A DNA stretch of 64,000 bases from Mobula hypostoma (lineage: Eukaryota): the NCBI RefSeq assembly GCF_963921235.1, contig NC_086108.1, positions 77,378,001 through 77,442,000 on the forward strand, given 5' to 3'. Shown here in pieces: positions 26,570 through 39,464 of the stretch. A program made the position numbers and the translations under genes. Numbering within the stretch: the first letter of the stretch is position 1; every line of letters begins with the position of its first letter. The notes under the pieces are model-generated. The model did not search any database. It saw only the letters and a program-made list of their open reading frames with translations, and was not told where the DNA came from.

Positions 26570-26908
26570 AGATAGAGGTGTACAAGATATTAACAGGAAT
26601 AGATAGAGTGGACAGCCAGCGCCTCTTCCCCAGGGCACCACTGCTCAATACAAGGGGACATGGCTTTAAGGTAAGGGGTGGGAAATTCAAGGGGGATATT
26701 AGAGGAAGGTCTTTTACTCAGAAAGTGGTTGGTGCGTGGAATACACTGCCTGAGTCAGTGGCGGAGGCAGATACACTAGAGAAATTTAAGCGACTACTAG
26801 ACAGGTATATGGAGGAATTTAAGGTGGGGGGGTTATATGGGAGGCAGGGTTTGAGGGTCGGCACAACAATGTGGGCCGAAGGGCCTGTACCGTGCTGTAC
26901 TATTCTAT
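26570..26908 (+). mobile_element. Young CR1 LINE 3' fragment
   Basis: IEVYKILTGIDRVDSQRLFPR...TRGHGFKVRGGKFKGDIRG..FTQKVVGAWNTLP followed by the CR1 3' hairpin GTGGGCCGAAGGGCCTGTAC. Confidence 0.9.
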
Positions 26909-27133
26909 GGACCAGAATCAGGAGACCTGTATACATGCTAGAAGTGCAGAAAGCAATAGAGTTTTTCAAGAGTTATCATCAAGGTTTGGAGAAAGTCATT
27001 CAGAAAGTATCAACCAGAGATATCCTACAGTGGTGACCAGAGGAGTTTTCATTATAGTTCCTATCCTATCTGTTGCCTTTGCAAAACAGCACTGGCCCGC
27101 AAAGAGCTTTCCTCATGAAGAATCTGCAGAATT

Positions 27134-27692
27134 CTGCACCGTAGAAAGCATTCTTCTAGGGTGCATCACAACCTGGTATGGAAGTTGTCCTGTACAAGAC
27201 TGAAAGAAGCTGCAGAAGATCGTAAACATGGCGCAGCACATCACACAAACCAATCTGCTGTCCTTGGACTTATTTTACACCACACGCTGTCGGAGCAGTG
27301 CTGCCAGGATAATCAAGGACCCTACCCACCCAGCCAACACACTTTTTGTCCTTCTTCCCTCCGGGAGAAGGCTCAGGAGCTTGAAGACTCATATGGCCAG
27401 ATTTGGGAAGAGCTTCTTTCCAACTGTGATAAGACTGCTGAACGGATCCTGACCCGGATCTGGGCCGGACCCTCCAAATATCTGGACCTGCCTCTCAGTT
27501 TTCTTGCACTACCTTACTTCCCATTTTCCTATTTTCTATTTATGATTTATAATGTAAATTTTTAATATTTACTATTTTTAATATTTGTAATCCAGGGAGC
27601 GGGAAGTGCAGAATCAAATATCACTGTGATAATTGTACGTTCTAGTATCAATTGTTTGGTGACCATAAAGTATAAAGTATGAAGTATAAAGT
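27134..27692 (+). mobile_element. Rex1/Babar LINE 3' fragment
   Basis: CTVESILLGCITTWYGSC...RIIKDPTHPANTLFVLLPSGRRLRS...SFFPTVIRLLN; (TATAAAG)n tail. Confidence 0.85.
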
Positions 27693-28744
27693 TATAGAGA
27701 ATAGCCACAAGCTGTAAAGCAACCACTAAGAGGAGCTGGAACCACATGAATGTACGTCAGAAGAATCTGACAGTGGCAATCAAAATTAAATCTTTAGGTT
27801 TCTATGTGGAAGAGTATCTATCTCCCACCTTATTTGTAGTTGTAGCAACAATGCTGCCGAAAGGTCCAGTTTTCCACCATGCACTCTATGAATTCAGGTG
27901 GGAATGTGGTAAGGAGTGAATACCTCCTCTCTGTCTTGACCACAACATCCCTTGCCTGCCTGTACTGAAGCTGATTGCCCCAATTACTGTATGCCACTAC
28001 AGATAGCTGCTAGTCTCTGGCAGATTTTCCACTCACTCCCCCCAATTTCTACTGTTTCCCTGTGTTGCTTTGGTAAAGGTGTAAAGACCCTACAATCTTC
28101 TGTCAGAAGGAAGGGTCTTCTCTCTTTCTGGTGCAGGTCCAACATGGATGCAATTTTCAAGGTACCTTACTCCTTTAAGATCCCTCTTGTCCCTTCAGGT
28201 TTGAAGCACGGTTCTAATGTAGCACAAGGATTTTTCTCTTTGTTCTACGTGCTCCCTGCTGGTGTCAGGATTTCAGCAGGCAGCTTGATGTGCATCAGTC
28301 TAGGTGAATATGTTGTGGTGAAGGCAAATTCAGAGGTGCAGATAGAATTCGCACCACACTGAAACTCCATTCGAAAAAGGAAATTTCCAGCCAAGATCCT
28401 TTATGTTATGCATTCTAGGTACTTCCAGGAATGAGGCCTTCCCTTATGTATACAGCCTATAGATGCTGGATGAAATCTATTCGCAAACCGTGGGTAGATG
28501 AGCAGTGGTCCAAATATATTTTTCATCTCTAGGCACTTGCTTGTGCTGCTCTTTTCTTTCATGGAGCTTTATCTAAATGCTCCCTCAACAGAAATAATCT
28601 ATGCTTTTATTGTTTTATATATTTCAACAGAAACTTCTGTGCTTCTGAATTTGTCTGACACCGTGGTTATTATTGATTCCTGACGTTGATTTGTCATAGG
28701 CTACGATTTTCCCATGGTGAACTTTTCTGTTGTCTGTGCAAATA

Positions 28745-29305
28745 CACTCTGTGGCCACTTTATTAGGTACACCTGTGCACCTGCTCATTAATGCAAATAC
28801 CTAATCAGCCAATCATGTGGTAGCAACCCAATGCATAAAAGAATGCAGACGTGGTCAAGAGTTCCAACTGTTGTTCAGACCAAACATCAGAATGGGAAAG
28901 AAATGTGATCTAAGTGACCGTGACCATGGAATGATTGTTGGTGCCAGATGGGGTGGTTTGAGTATCCCAGAAACTGCTGATCTCTTGGGATTTTCACATC
29001 CAATAATTTCTAGAGTTTATAAAGATTGGTTCAAAAACAAAAACAAATCATCCAGTGAGCAGCAGTTCTGTAGACAAAAATGCCTTGTTAATGAGAGAGG
29101 TCAGAGGGGAATAGCCAGACTGATTCAAGATGACAAGAAGGTGACAGTAAAGGTGACTCAAACAAACAAACATTATAACCGTGTGCAGAAGAGCATCTCT
29201 GAATGTACTACACATTGAACCTTGGATGGACTACAGCATCAGAAGACTATGAACATACACTCAATGACCACCTTTTTAGGTACCTAATAAAGTGGCCAAT
29301 AAGTG
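28745..29305 (+). mobile_element. Tc1-like non-autonomous transposon with transposase N-terminus and three TIR copies
   Basis: TIR CACTCTGTGGCCACTTTATTAGGTAC and its inverse at 29280-29305; TA TSDs. HTH-region remnant MGKKCDLSD..HGMIVGARWGGLSIPETADLLGFSHPIISRVYKDW. Extra left-TIR copy at 29258-29283. Confidence 0.85.
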
Positions 29306-29983
29306 TATAGGAAGTAACGGTGGGATGTTGCTGTATGTAGTGGGAGAACATAACTCTAATGTACTGATAACTAATATCCCATTCGAATGTGAGCAGAGAA
29401 CTACCACAATCTTGAAGGAACATCAGGTTTCCCTGGAGCAGATGATTGTATGTACCATTTTGTTTGGATATTAAAGCAACATAAAGTATCTCCCCATCTT
29501 TGTTTTACAAAGATTGCTAGATTTTAAAACAGTGTTTCAAGAACAGCTTTGTCAAACACCCACATTTGCAATACCATGCTGTTTCACAAACTCTTGACAT
29601 TAAAGAAATTCCTGCTGGTACTTAAAAATAGATCTGCAATCTTGTCAATAAGCTCCTTGAGGCATGTGGGTTCTGTTTTCAAAAATGTGCGTAATTCATT
29701 AGAAATTAGCACTAATTATGTTGGATAATCTCATGTGCTGTTTTCTATTTTGCTTCTACAGCATCTCTGTAGAGAGCACACTTCATTTACTGCATAAAAG
29801 TTCGTTCCCTTATTGCACCTTGGCCAGAACCTTAAATCATCAACTAAAGTGAAGAGCTTTTCTATGTTCAGTTTCAGGTAGCAGAAGCCATTACTTGGAG
29901 TGGAAGATTTAGAAAGCAGTGCCTGTTGGGGCTTCCTGTTCATTTTCAAGTAGTAGGAGCCTGAAAGAGGCAAAAATGTGTAT

Positions 29984-30957
29984 CAACACACATCAAAGTT
30001 GCTGGCGAACGCAGCAGGCCAGGCAGCATCTCTAGGAAGAGGTACAGTCGAAGTTTCGGGCCGAGACCCTTCGTCAGGACTAACTGAAGGAAGAGCTAGT
30101 AAGAGATTTGAAAGTGGGAGGGGGAGGGGGAGATCCAAAATGATAGGAGAAGACAGGAGCGGGAGGGATGGAGCCAAGAGCTGGACAGTTGATTGGCAAA
30201 AGGGATATGAGAGGATTATGGGACAGGAGACCTAGGGAGAAGGAAAAGTGGGGGGGGGGGTGGAAACCCAGAAGATGGGCAAGGGGTATAGTCAGAGGGA
30301 CAGAGCAGAAAAAAGAGAGGGAGAGAAAGAAAGAATGTGTGTATATAAATAAATAACGGATGGGGTATGAGGGGGAGGTGGGGCATTAGTGGAAGTTAGA
30401 GAAGTCGATGTTCATGCCATCAGGTTGGAGGCTACCCAGACGGAATATAAGGTGTTGTTCCTCCAACCTGAGTGTGGCTTCATCTTTACAGTAGAGGAGG
30501 CCGTGGATAGACATATCAGAATGGGAGTGGGATGTGGAATTAAAATGTGTGGCCACTGGGTGATCCTGCTTTCTCTGGCGGACAGAGTGTAGGTGTTCAG
30601 CAAAATGATCTCCCAGTCTGCGTCGGGTCTCGCCAATATACAGAAGGCCACATCGGGAGCACCGGACACAGTATATCACCCCAGCCGACTCACAGGTGAA
30701 GTGTCGCCTCATCTGGAAGGACTGCATGGGGCCCTGAATGGTGGTAAGGGAGGAAGTGTAAGGGCATGTGTAACACTTGTTCCGCTTAAGTGCCAGGAGG
30801 GAGATCAGTGGGGAGGGATGGGGGAACGAATGGACAAGGGAGTCGCATAGGGAGCGGAAAGCAGAGAGCGTGGGGGGGGGAGGGAAAGATGTGCTTAGTG
30901 GTGGGATCCTGTTGGAGGTGGCAGAAGTTACGGAGAATGTTTGGACCCGAAGGTTAG
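29984..30957 (-). mobile_element. Penelope-like (Neptune-type) element 3' part with nearly intact GIY-YIG endonuclease coding region
   Basis: ORF 30386-30997(-): KRNKCYTC Cys linker, FTCESAGVIYCVRCSRCGLLYIGETRRRLGDHFAEH...VATHFN...EEQHLIFRLGSLQPDGMN, then pLTR with hammerhead at 30046-30081 (one stem III change). Possible 7-bp TSD TGTGTAT. Confidence 0.92.
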
Positions 30958-30964
30958 TGTGTAT

Positions 30965-33918
30965 AGTTAGTTGTAAATTTATTGGGTAATTAGGCAATTG
31001 GCAAGGGCCAATTCAAAAGAAGAATAGGGAGCTGAAGATTTGGATCAAGGGTATTTTGTGAGAACAGGTGGAAACTAAGGTGAGTTTCTGGCAAGTTTCA
31101 CTTTCCTTCTTTATTATAGCATAGTTAGAACAGTGGGAATGGAAGCTAGGTCTCCTCTTGTGTGATGTAGGAAGTCAAGGAGATCTCCAGTGTTCCTGAT
31201 GACTACACCAGTGAGAAATGCATCTGGTTGTAGCTGGCTACAGACCATCTTCAGGAGCTGGAGCTGGATGACTTATGAATCATTTGGGAAGCAGAGGGTA
31301 TGGTTGACAAGGGTTAAAGGGAGGTTTGCAGGGTGATGGTAACTGGGCGACTGTGAGGAGGGAGAAAGAAAATAGGGCACCCCGTGGCTCTTCCCCTCAA
31401 TAATAAGTCTATTGTTTTGTTTATTATTATGGGAGTGGGGGAGAGTGGGTACTTCTGGCGCTGAATCTTGCTTGGTGGCTCAGAAGGGAAGGAAGGAGAA
31501 GAGGTGAGCAGTAGTGATAGGGGATTTATTGGTTTGCTGGAGCAGGCAGGAGTTTCTGTGGATGAGAATGAGTTTCCCAGATGATTCCCAAATAGTTGTC
31601 TTCCAGGTGACAGGATTAGGGATATCTTGGATTAAGGCTTAGGGGACTCAGAGGTCATGGTACTCATCAGTACCAATGACATAGTCAGGAAGGATGATGA
31701 ACCCATGCAAAGTGAGTTCTGGGTGTTAGAGTGCTAGTGAAGCCATAAATGGGGAAAAAATACAGTTTAACATGTGTTGAAGGAGATGGTGTAGGAGGGT
31801 GGCCTCTAGATTTTTGAATCATTGGGCTTCCTTACAGGGAAGGGGGGACCTGTACAAACAGTACAGTTTGCACCTGAACTATTGGGGGAACAATATTCTA
31901 GCAAAAATATTTGCTCTTGCTGTTCTGGTTGGTGGTGACAGTGGGGGGCTGGGGAGGGGAGACATTTAACCAAGAGCTGTACAGGGGTAGGAACCTGAGT
32001 GTCAGGTCTGCAAGTGGAGTGGTTGTGGGGAAAATAAGTATTAACCCTACATGCAAAGAAAGAAACCAAAAGGCTGATGTTCTAAATGTTCTGAAAAGGC
32101 TAATGTTCTGAATGGATATATTTCAATGCTAAGAGTATTGTAGATAAGGCAGATGAACTTGGAGCATGAATGTGCACATGGTATTATGATGATGTAGGTA
32201 TTAGTGAGATTTGGTTGAGTGAGGGGCAGGACTGGCAGTTCAATGCTTCTGTTGTTTTAGACTTTATAGAAGCAGAGGTATTATAGAGGGGTGGTGGCAT
32301 TACTAGTCAGGGAAAATATCATGGCAGTGTTCAGGGAGAACATACTGAAGTGCTTGCCTAGTTAGGCTAATGGGTGGAATCGAGGAGGAAAGTCTGACCA
32401 TGTTAACGGGTTTACATCATAACCCATTCAATAGTCAGGGGCAAATTTGTAAAGATATAGCATACAAGGAAAATCAGGTTGTGATAGTAGATGATTTCAA
32501 CTTTCTGTACATTGACTGGGTCTCCCATACTGCAAAAAGACTGGATGAGATCGAGTTTGTCAAGTGTGTTCAGTGTGATCTGGCAGGTGTGGATTGGGAT
32601 AGGTTGTTATCCAGCAACTGATACTTGGTAAATGGAGGACTTCAAAAGTGAAATAGGGAGAGTATAGAATTAATATATTCCTGTTAGAATAAAAGGCAAG
32701 GCTAACAGGTTTAAGGAACCTTAGTTTTTGATGGATATTGAGGTCTTGGTTAAGAAGAAGGAGGCACATATTAGGTATGGGCAGACAGGATCAAATGTGG
32801 TTCTTAACGAGTATAAGAAATGTAAGAGAACACTTAAGAGAGGTGCAGGAGGACTGAGGGTAAGCAATTGTTCCATTGTTCAAGAAAGATAGAGAGCAGT
32901 AGCAGATGGTTGCCTCTCTGACTAGAGGCCTATGAAAATTGGTGTGCCACAGGGATCGGAGCTGGGTTTGTTGTAGTTTATCATCCATATTACTGATTTA
33001 GATGATAATATGGTAAACTGGATTAGCAAATTTGTGGTCAACACATGATTGGGTGTATATGGACATTGATGAAGTCTATCAAAGCTTGCAGTGTGATCTT
33101 GCAGCTGGAAAAATGAACTGAAAATAGCAAATGGAATTTAACACATACAGATCTGAGTTATTGAACTTTGACAGGATGAACCAGGGTAGGACTTACACAG
33201 TGAATGATAGGGCACTGAGGCTGTGCAGTAGAACGAAGGGATCTGGGAATACAGATCCATAATTCCTTGAAAGTGGTGTCAGGTAGATAGGATGATAAAG
33301 GGAGCTTTTGACACATTGGGCTTCTTAAATCTGAGCGTTCAGTGGAGGAGTTAGGATATTATGTTGAAGTTGTATAAGACAATATTGAGTTTGGAGTATT
33401 GTGTGCAGTGCTGGTCACCTACCTACAGGAGGTATGTATACCAATAAGCTTGAAAGTGTGAAGAGAAAATTTACAAGGATGTTGCTAGGACTTGATGAAG
33501 TTATAAAGAAAGGCTGAGTGGGTTGTACTTACTCCTTGGAGTGTAGGAGAATGAGGGGAAATCGTATAGAGATATGAAAAATTATAAGGGGTGTATATAT
33601 AGGGTAAATACATGCAGTCTTTTACACCTGTGATTGGGTGAGACTAGAGCCAGAAGTCATAGGTTTAGGGGGAAAAGTGAAATATTTAAAGGAAACCTGA
33701 CGAGGAACATGTTCACTCAGAGGCTGATGCAGGTACAGAATGAGCTGCTAGTGAAGGTGGTGACACATTGAAGTGAAGCTTGGATTGCTATGTACGTGGA
33801 TGGAAGGGGTATGGAGGCTACGGTCCAGATGTGGGTTGATGGGTCTAGGCATAATAACAGTTTGGTATGGACTGGATAGGCCAAAGGGCCTGTTTCTCTG
33901 CTGTAGTGCTTTATGACT
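30965..33918 (+). mobile_element. Decayed near-full-length CR1 LINE with internal deletions
   Basis: ORF1 Zn-finger/zipper remnant (SSVPDDYT.EKCI.L...ELELDDL) and SGNH esterase remnant (AVVIGD; EVMVLI.TND); ORF2 APE start (YFNAKSIVDKADEL; DDFNF..IDW); RT C-terminus; CR1 3' hairpin and TATGACT tail. Confidence 0.85.
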
Positions 33919-34756
33919 TGTGACAAGAATACACATAGATTAAGATGTAGCTGGCCTGGGCTGGCACCAGTGGAATCAGCAGTTGGTCTGCCACCTGTCT
34001 TCAGGAGAGAGAGAGATATGGAGCATTTGGAGATGTTAATGAAGGGGAAGGAGAGCTGTCAAGATCGGCTCCCCCTTTGAACCCCGAACTGTTTGAAGTG
34101 ATGGACAAGCGATACCCCAGCAGGGGGATAAAAAGGGACAGGTTCGCTAAGGCAGGACACACACGACACCCGAGGTAACAAGACCCTGGAAGCGGTGCGT
34201 CTCTCACAAGTCGGTGGGAAGTATCGGGCCATAGACGCACAGGGTGGAAGGGCACGATCGGTGGGAAGCTGGTGTGTGTCCACCCTTGCCTGGGTGCCAG
34301 GTTCACCGCAGGGAAATGATCGTATCTGGAAACGGAGGGGTCACGGTCAGTGACCTCAGATGACATCACAAAGGACTCGCCCGAAAGCTGACTGCGAAGG
34401 TCTGTGTGGAAGCTTTGAATATTCATTCGTTTTGCTCTCTCTCTCCTTCCCCCCCACTGTCCATCGCCACGGCAGCGATTACTGCGAACTGAACTGAACT
34501 AAATTGAACTGAACTTTGCGTCGTTTTGAAACTGGTCATTTACCCCTAGACAACGATAGAGCTTGATTGATCCTGTTATCTTAATTCTGTGTACATGTAT
34601 GTTTATCATTGCTGAACTGTTGCATTCATTATCCTTTTGATTAGAGTACTGTGTTGCTTGTTTCTTTAATAAAACTTTCTTAGTTCTAGTAATCCAGACT
34701 CCAACTGAGTGATCCATTTCTGCTGGTTTGGCAACCCAGTTACGGGGTACGTAACA
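33919..34756 (+). mobile_element. Solo LTR (838 bp; Gypsy or ERV type)
   Basis: TGTGAC...GTAACA termini; GACT TSD at 33915-33918 and 34757-34760; TATA-like GATAAAAA near 34127; AATAAA at 34668; CpG-rich. Confidence 0.88.
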
Positions 34757-34889
34757 GACTCTACATCTATTCTACCTTAACAGGTAATAATCTTGCAGTC
34801 TGTTCTCAGTCTCCTTTACTTGAACAAGAACAATGCCTGATTCTCCGGCCAGTGAGTTCTTGTGAGACTTTAAAATTGCTGCAGTCTTC

Positions 34890-35211
34890 ATGAAGGAGAT
34901 GCTCATGCAAAACACTCAGGTGGACTGTGGCGGTGAGATGATCAGAATTTTGACCAGCAGTAACATAGGAGGAAGAATATAGGTCTGGATCATGATGGAG
35001 TTGTTTTGGGGCAAAAATAACGTCATGGTGTTGCAATGATTTGCCAAGTTCATCTCTGAAGTGTTATCAAAGAAGCCTTTGTAACTTGCTGCAGCACACA
35101 GGAGGGAGGAGAAGATGGCAGCGCGATGCAGCGCGTGCGGCCGTTTCGAATTGATATCGATATGTGTTAACAAGGGGGCCGTGCACAATTCTGATTTGAT
35201 GGAGTCAGCCA
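34890..35211. other. 322-bp chimeric insertion flanked by a perfect 19-bp direct repeat
   Basis: TAAAATTGCTGCAGTCTTC at 34871-34889 and 35212-35230. The insert is ~210 bp of unassigned DNA plus the ~110-bp 5' head of the element at 58836. Confidence 0.75.
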
Positions 35212-36113
35212 TAAAATTGCTGCAGTCTTCTCTGGCCCAATTGAAACAAAGTCAAAGCATTCTTATTCTACCCTCTGACTTTGATTACGGCTATTATGCT
35301 CCTGCCTTTATTGTATCTTTTATTAGAAGAGTTTTAAATGCAAAGGTTCTGAAGTGAATGTATCATTATGTTGTAAGAAACTCTGGGTGTGATTTCCACA
35401 GATCCTTGAAGCCTAACACCTTTACAAGTAATTCCCTTACATAGACTAGAGGATTAATGATAAAACAAATATACATCAGCAACTTGAGAAGCTAAAAACA
35501 GCAGTAAAGCCACTGATACTGAAGAACCCAAGACTAGAGTGCTAACATCTCAGTTAATTGTACCATTATTGTGTTTCTGAGCTCACTACTGACACATGGG
35601 CATAATCTCAGAGGATTGACAATAATGACGTTCTCCCTTTCATTTATTTTTGTTATAAATCTCCTATCATGCAGATAAATATAGGTCTTTTATGTACAAG
35701 CAACACTCAGTAGCTACATAAAGTAATGAAAGAGTGTCTTTCTTCTCTTGGAGCATACTCACATCAATGCACAGAGAAGGGGCCCTTCTTTGAAGATTTA
35801 TACTTTTTATACTACCAGGCTGGGATGACTGAGTCAACACTGACACTAAGAACTGCCAGGCAAATGAGCTAATGTTTTGAAGACACTTTGTATATTTCTA
35901 TTCACCTCCCTTTTCAACACTGTACTCTTTATTACAAAAAAAACTGGAACTTAGCAAATTCTCAGTTATTTCAAGGTGGACTCTTGAGATAAATATCTCC
36001 ATTCATCTAATTTAGACAAGGCTTTCTAGATCTGTATTGATCTGGCTTGATACTTAATGACAAATATCAATCTAGCATGCAAGTGTGATGTAATTACGAA
36101 AGTATTTTTTATG

Positions 36114-36725
36114 TGAAACACTCTGGTTTCCTTGGCTGCGTAAGTCTAGGGACGACAATCTCTGGCCCCGCCAAACGTGTGGGATTGAGGTACGAGCCCA
36201 CCCCAAAACCACCTGTTTGTGTGGATGCTGTGTGATTCGTTACCCTGTTACAAATGAGTGTCACAAAATGACGGACAGCACACCGCATACAATTAGAAGA
36301 TTTAGCTCTATAATTCTTAATTTGACTAATGGGTTAGTAAAGAAAGAATAAAAAAAGAAAAAAGCACATTTTAATGAAACAGTCTAACGTGCACAAGTTG
36401 GAGCTCACGGTTTCCCTGTCTCCGATCCTCCATTGATCACCCCAGGCTTCATCGAATCACAGCCCCACTCCGGGTCGAATCCTATGACCTCTTCTCTCTG
36501 GTGTCTTCTCTCTTCATCTCACCCTAACCAAAACCCCAAGCTCAACCTTAGTGTCCCTCACCAGAGAAACCTCCCTTTAATCTGACCATCCTAGCCAGAC
36601 GGTACACAATTCTCCTATCTCTTATCTTCAACGGCAACCCAAGCGTAAGCAGAAAGCTCACACAGAACAGCCCAAATGAAATACAGAACAGCATAACAGT
36701 AAAGAATATGAACCAGGGCATTACA
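36114..36725 (-). mobile_element. Solo LTR (612 bp), different family
   Basis: Minus strand reads TGTAATGCCCTGG...GTGTTTCA; TATG TSD at 36110-36113 and 36726-36729; ATTAAA on the minus strand near 36370. Confidence 0.82.
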
Positions 36726-37564
36726 TATGTTAAATTATTTTCCTTTGATCCTGGGCCATTAGTATGGAAAATGAAGTTGTGAATAGTTTCACTTTCTGCC
36801 CTTTTCTTGCATAATCAGAATAGCACCCCGAATGAGTTTTCACATATCCTTTTTTTATTTTGTGGGAGACATTTATTAAGAAAGAATAATTACCAAGGCA
36901 AGAATTATCTTTTGTCATTGGCTAATTTAGAAGAAGAGAGTTGTGACTATAAGTGGTAACAGGTAGGAACAGACAACCCACAAATGCTGCTTAAACATCT
37001 GGAGACAGATAGAGGAATGATGGAGAGACAGTTTTCATTTAAGTTGCAGCATTTAGAATTCTGTCAGAAAAACTGATTTAGAAATATTCTGTGAAATGTA
37101 GAATACTGTTTTAATTGTTGCTAATTTAAATTTAATAAAGGACATTGACATAATGGACACATTGTTCATTTGTTGTTTCCTCAAATTACATTCATACGTA
37201 GCTCCCACCAATAAATTAATGGACAGAAATAAATAAATGAGTGAATGCTTTAGTTGTCCAATTGATTCCAATACAGCATCGAAAGTGTGTTTGTACATAC
37301 ATTGATTGCAAAACCCATGACAGGTACCATATTAGAAATGGCACTAGAATTTGTCATTCTCTCACATGCTAGACCAAGAGCACATAAAAATAAGAAAATA
37401 GTCCATATAATACTAAAAACTTGTTACATCATTTAGTAAGATCTTTAACATTGACTCTACTCTCCTCTCTGACCCCATTACACTTGATTCTACTGTAGTT
37501 GAAACATCCATCAATCTCAATGGGTTGAACAAAAATAACAAAGGGAAATAAACAATAGACCACC

Positions 37565-37848
37565 TTGTAGTTTGAAGACCACAGATAATGATTCCATAAC
37601 CTATAGACTCACTTTCAAGGACTCTACAAGTCATGTTTTCAGTATTATTTATTTATCTATATATTTTTTTGTATTTTCACCCATTGTCTTTTGCACTTTG
37701 GTTATTTGTCCGTCTTTGTATATAGTTTTCTTTTATCAATTCTATTTTATTACTTTGTTCTACTGTAAATGCCAGTAAGAAAGTTAACTTTAAGGTGGTA
37801 TATGCTGACATATATGCGCTTTGATAATAAATTTATTTTGAACTTTGA
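37565..37848 (+). mobile_element. Rex1/Babar 3' UTR fragment
   Basis: GACTCACTTTCAAGGACTCTACA...ATAATAAATTTATTTTGAACTTTGA; same UTR as 45410-45706 and 60440-60704. Confidence 0.75.
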
Positions 37849-39464
37849 TTCTATCAGGATCAGACAGATTAGATATGGGGAGGATATTTCTGTTGGCTGG
37901 TTGCCAGAACCAGGGGTCACAGTCTTAAGAAACAGTATCTAGAATGTAAATGTGGAACAAGTTTTTCACCAGAAGTATGGTGAAACTGTAGTAGTCAGCC
38001 CACAATGTCTGTGCTGAGCATAATGCATATGGTCTATATCCCTGCCTATTCATGCACCTATCTAAATACTTTATGAAAGTACCACCTCCCTATTTGTGCA
38101 TTCCAGGAACCTATTCCCTCTTTATATAAAAAGACTTGCCTTGTAATTCTCCTTTAAATTTTCCTTCGCTCACCTAAAAACTTATGTATTCTAGTATTTG
38201 GTATTATGGATCGATCTAAACTTCTAATGATTTTCTGTATTTCTAACACCCTTCAGCATCCAGTAAAAGTAATCCAATTTGTCAAGTCTTCCCTTGTAGC
38301 TAATATTCTTCAATCCAGGTAAAATCTTGGCAGTGACCAGAAAGGAACACAGTACTCCAAATGTGGCCTAACTAAAATTTTATAAATCTGCAGCTTCTTG
38401 TCAGCTTCTATAGTTAATACCCTGACCGATGAAGGGAAATATGCAGTACAACTTCTCTACCACCCTAACTACCTGTGTTGCAATTTTCAAGAGCTATGAA
38501 CTTGTTCCCCAAGACTCATTTGTACATGAATGCAACTAGGGCCATGCCATTTACTGTATACTTTCCTCTTAAACTTGTCCTCCCAAAGTACATTGCCTAA
38601 ATCTGTCGAGATTAAACACATCTGTCAGAGTTTTTGTGCATCCGATTCCATCTCTAACTTGAATTAGAATTATTCTCTCACCCTTCAAAGTAGTTTTGCA
38701 AAATTCAGGCAATAAGCAGTGATGCACATCTCCTTAACTAAGCCTTCTGTAAGTTGTGCCTGGACTTCTTGTATAGTTTTGGATCACTGGTCTTGAATGC
38801 CACAGATCTGCAGTAGCCCTCAGTAGGCTACGAAACTCCTGATTCACCTAGGGCTTTTGATTTAGGTATGTCTGGTATGTTCTTGAAGGCACACAGTAAT
38901 CCAATCAGGTCTTGATGAAGTCGATGACAGCTCGGGTGTATTCATTCAGATTTGAAGACACAACAACCTCGATGTTCTGCTTTCAGTATATTTCAGTATT
39001 TTTATGTCACATTTATTCAACCGAATATTTTTCTTTCCATTACTCCTCTATCTACTGTGCTTAATTCACAATTCCCATGGAGCATGTGCATCACTGCTTA
39101 AGACTTGATTTCTGCAACACCACTTTAAAATCTTTTCTACTCTGAACCTTCATGGTATAGATCGGGGCTTTACCTGTCTCTAAATTAGAGCACATATTCT
39201 GAACTAACACAGCTGCACTTTACTGGAAGTGCTGCTAAAACTGATCAATGTTTTCCCAATTTTTGACCTGAAGTTTCTGTTTAAGATGCACATAGAATGG
39301 AGGCTACTTAACCTATAATTGACACCACACAGCATGCCAACATTATGGATGCTGATGTTCTGACAAAGTGTCATTATCCTGAAATGTGAACTTGTTTTCT
39401 CTCCATGCATGCGGCCTGGTATTTTCTACTATGTTGCAGAATTCTGGCATCTGCAGAGTATTGG

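Noticed and set aside
27952..28362. 136-aa ORF in apparently unique DNA
   Set aside because: Non-ATG start, no recognisable domain and no convincing splice context.
30386..30997. 203-aa ORF as a domesticated GIY-YIG nuclease
   Set aside because: It lies in a truncated PLE copy with its pLTR; the N-terminal part is flank-derived or frameshifted and there is no sign of a host promoter or splice context.
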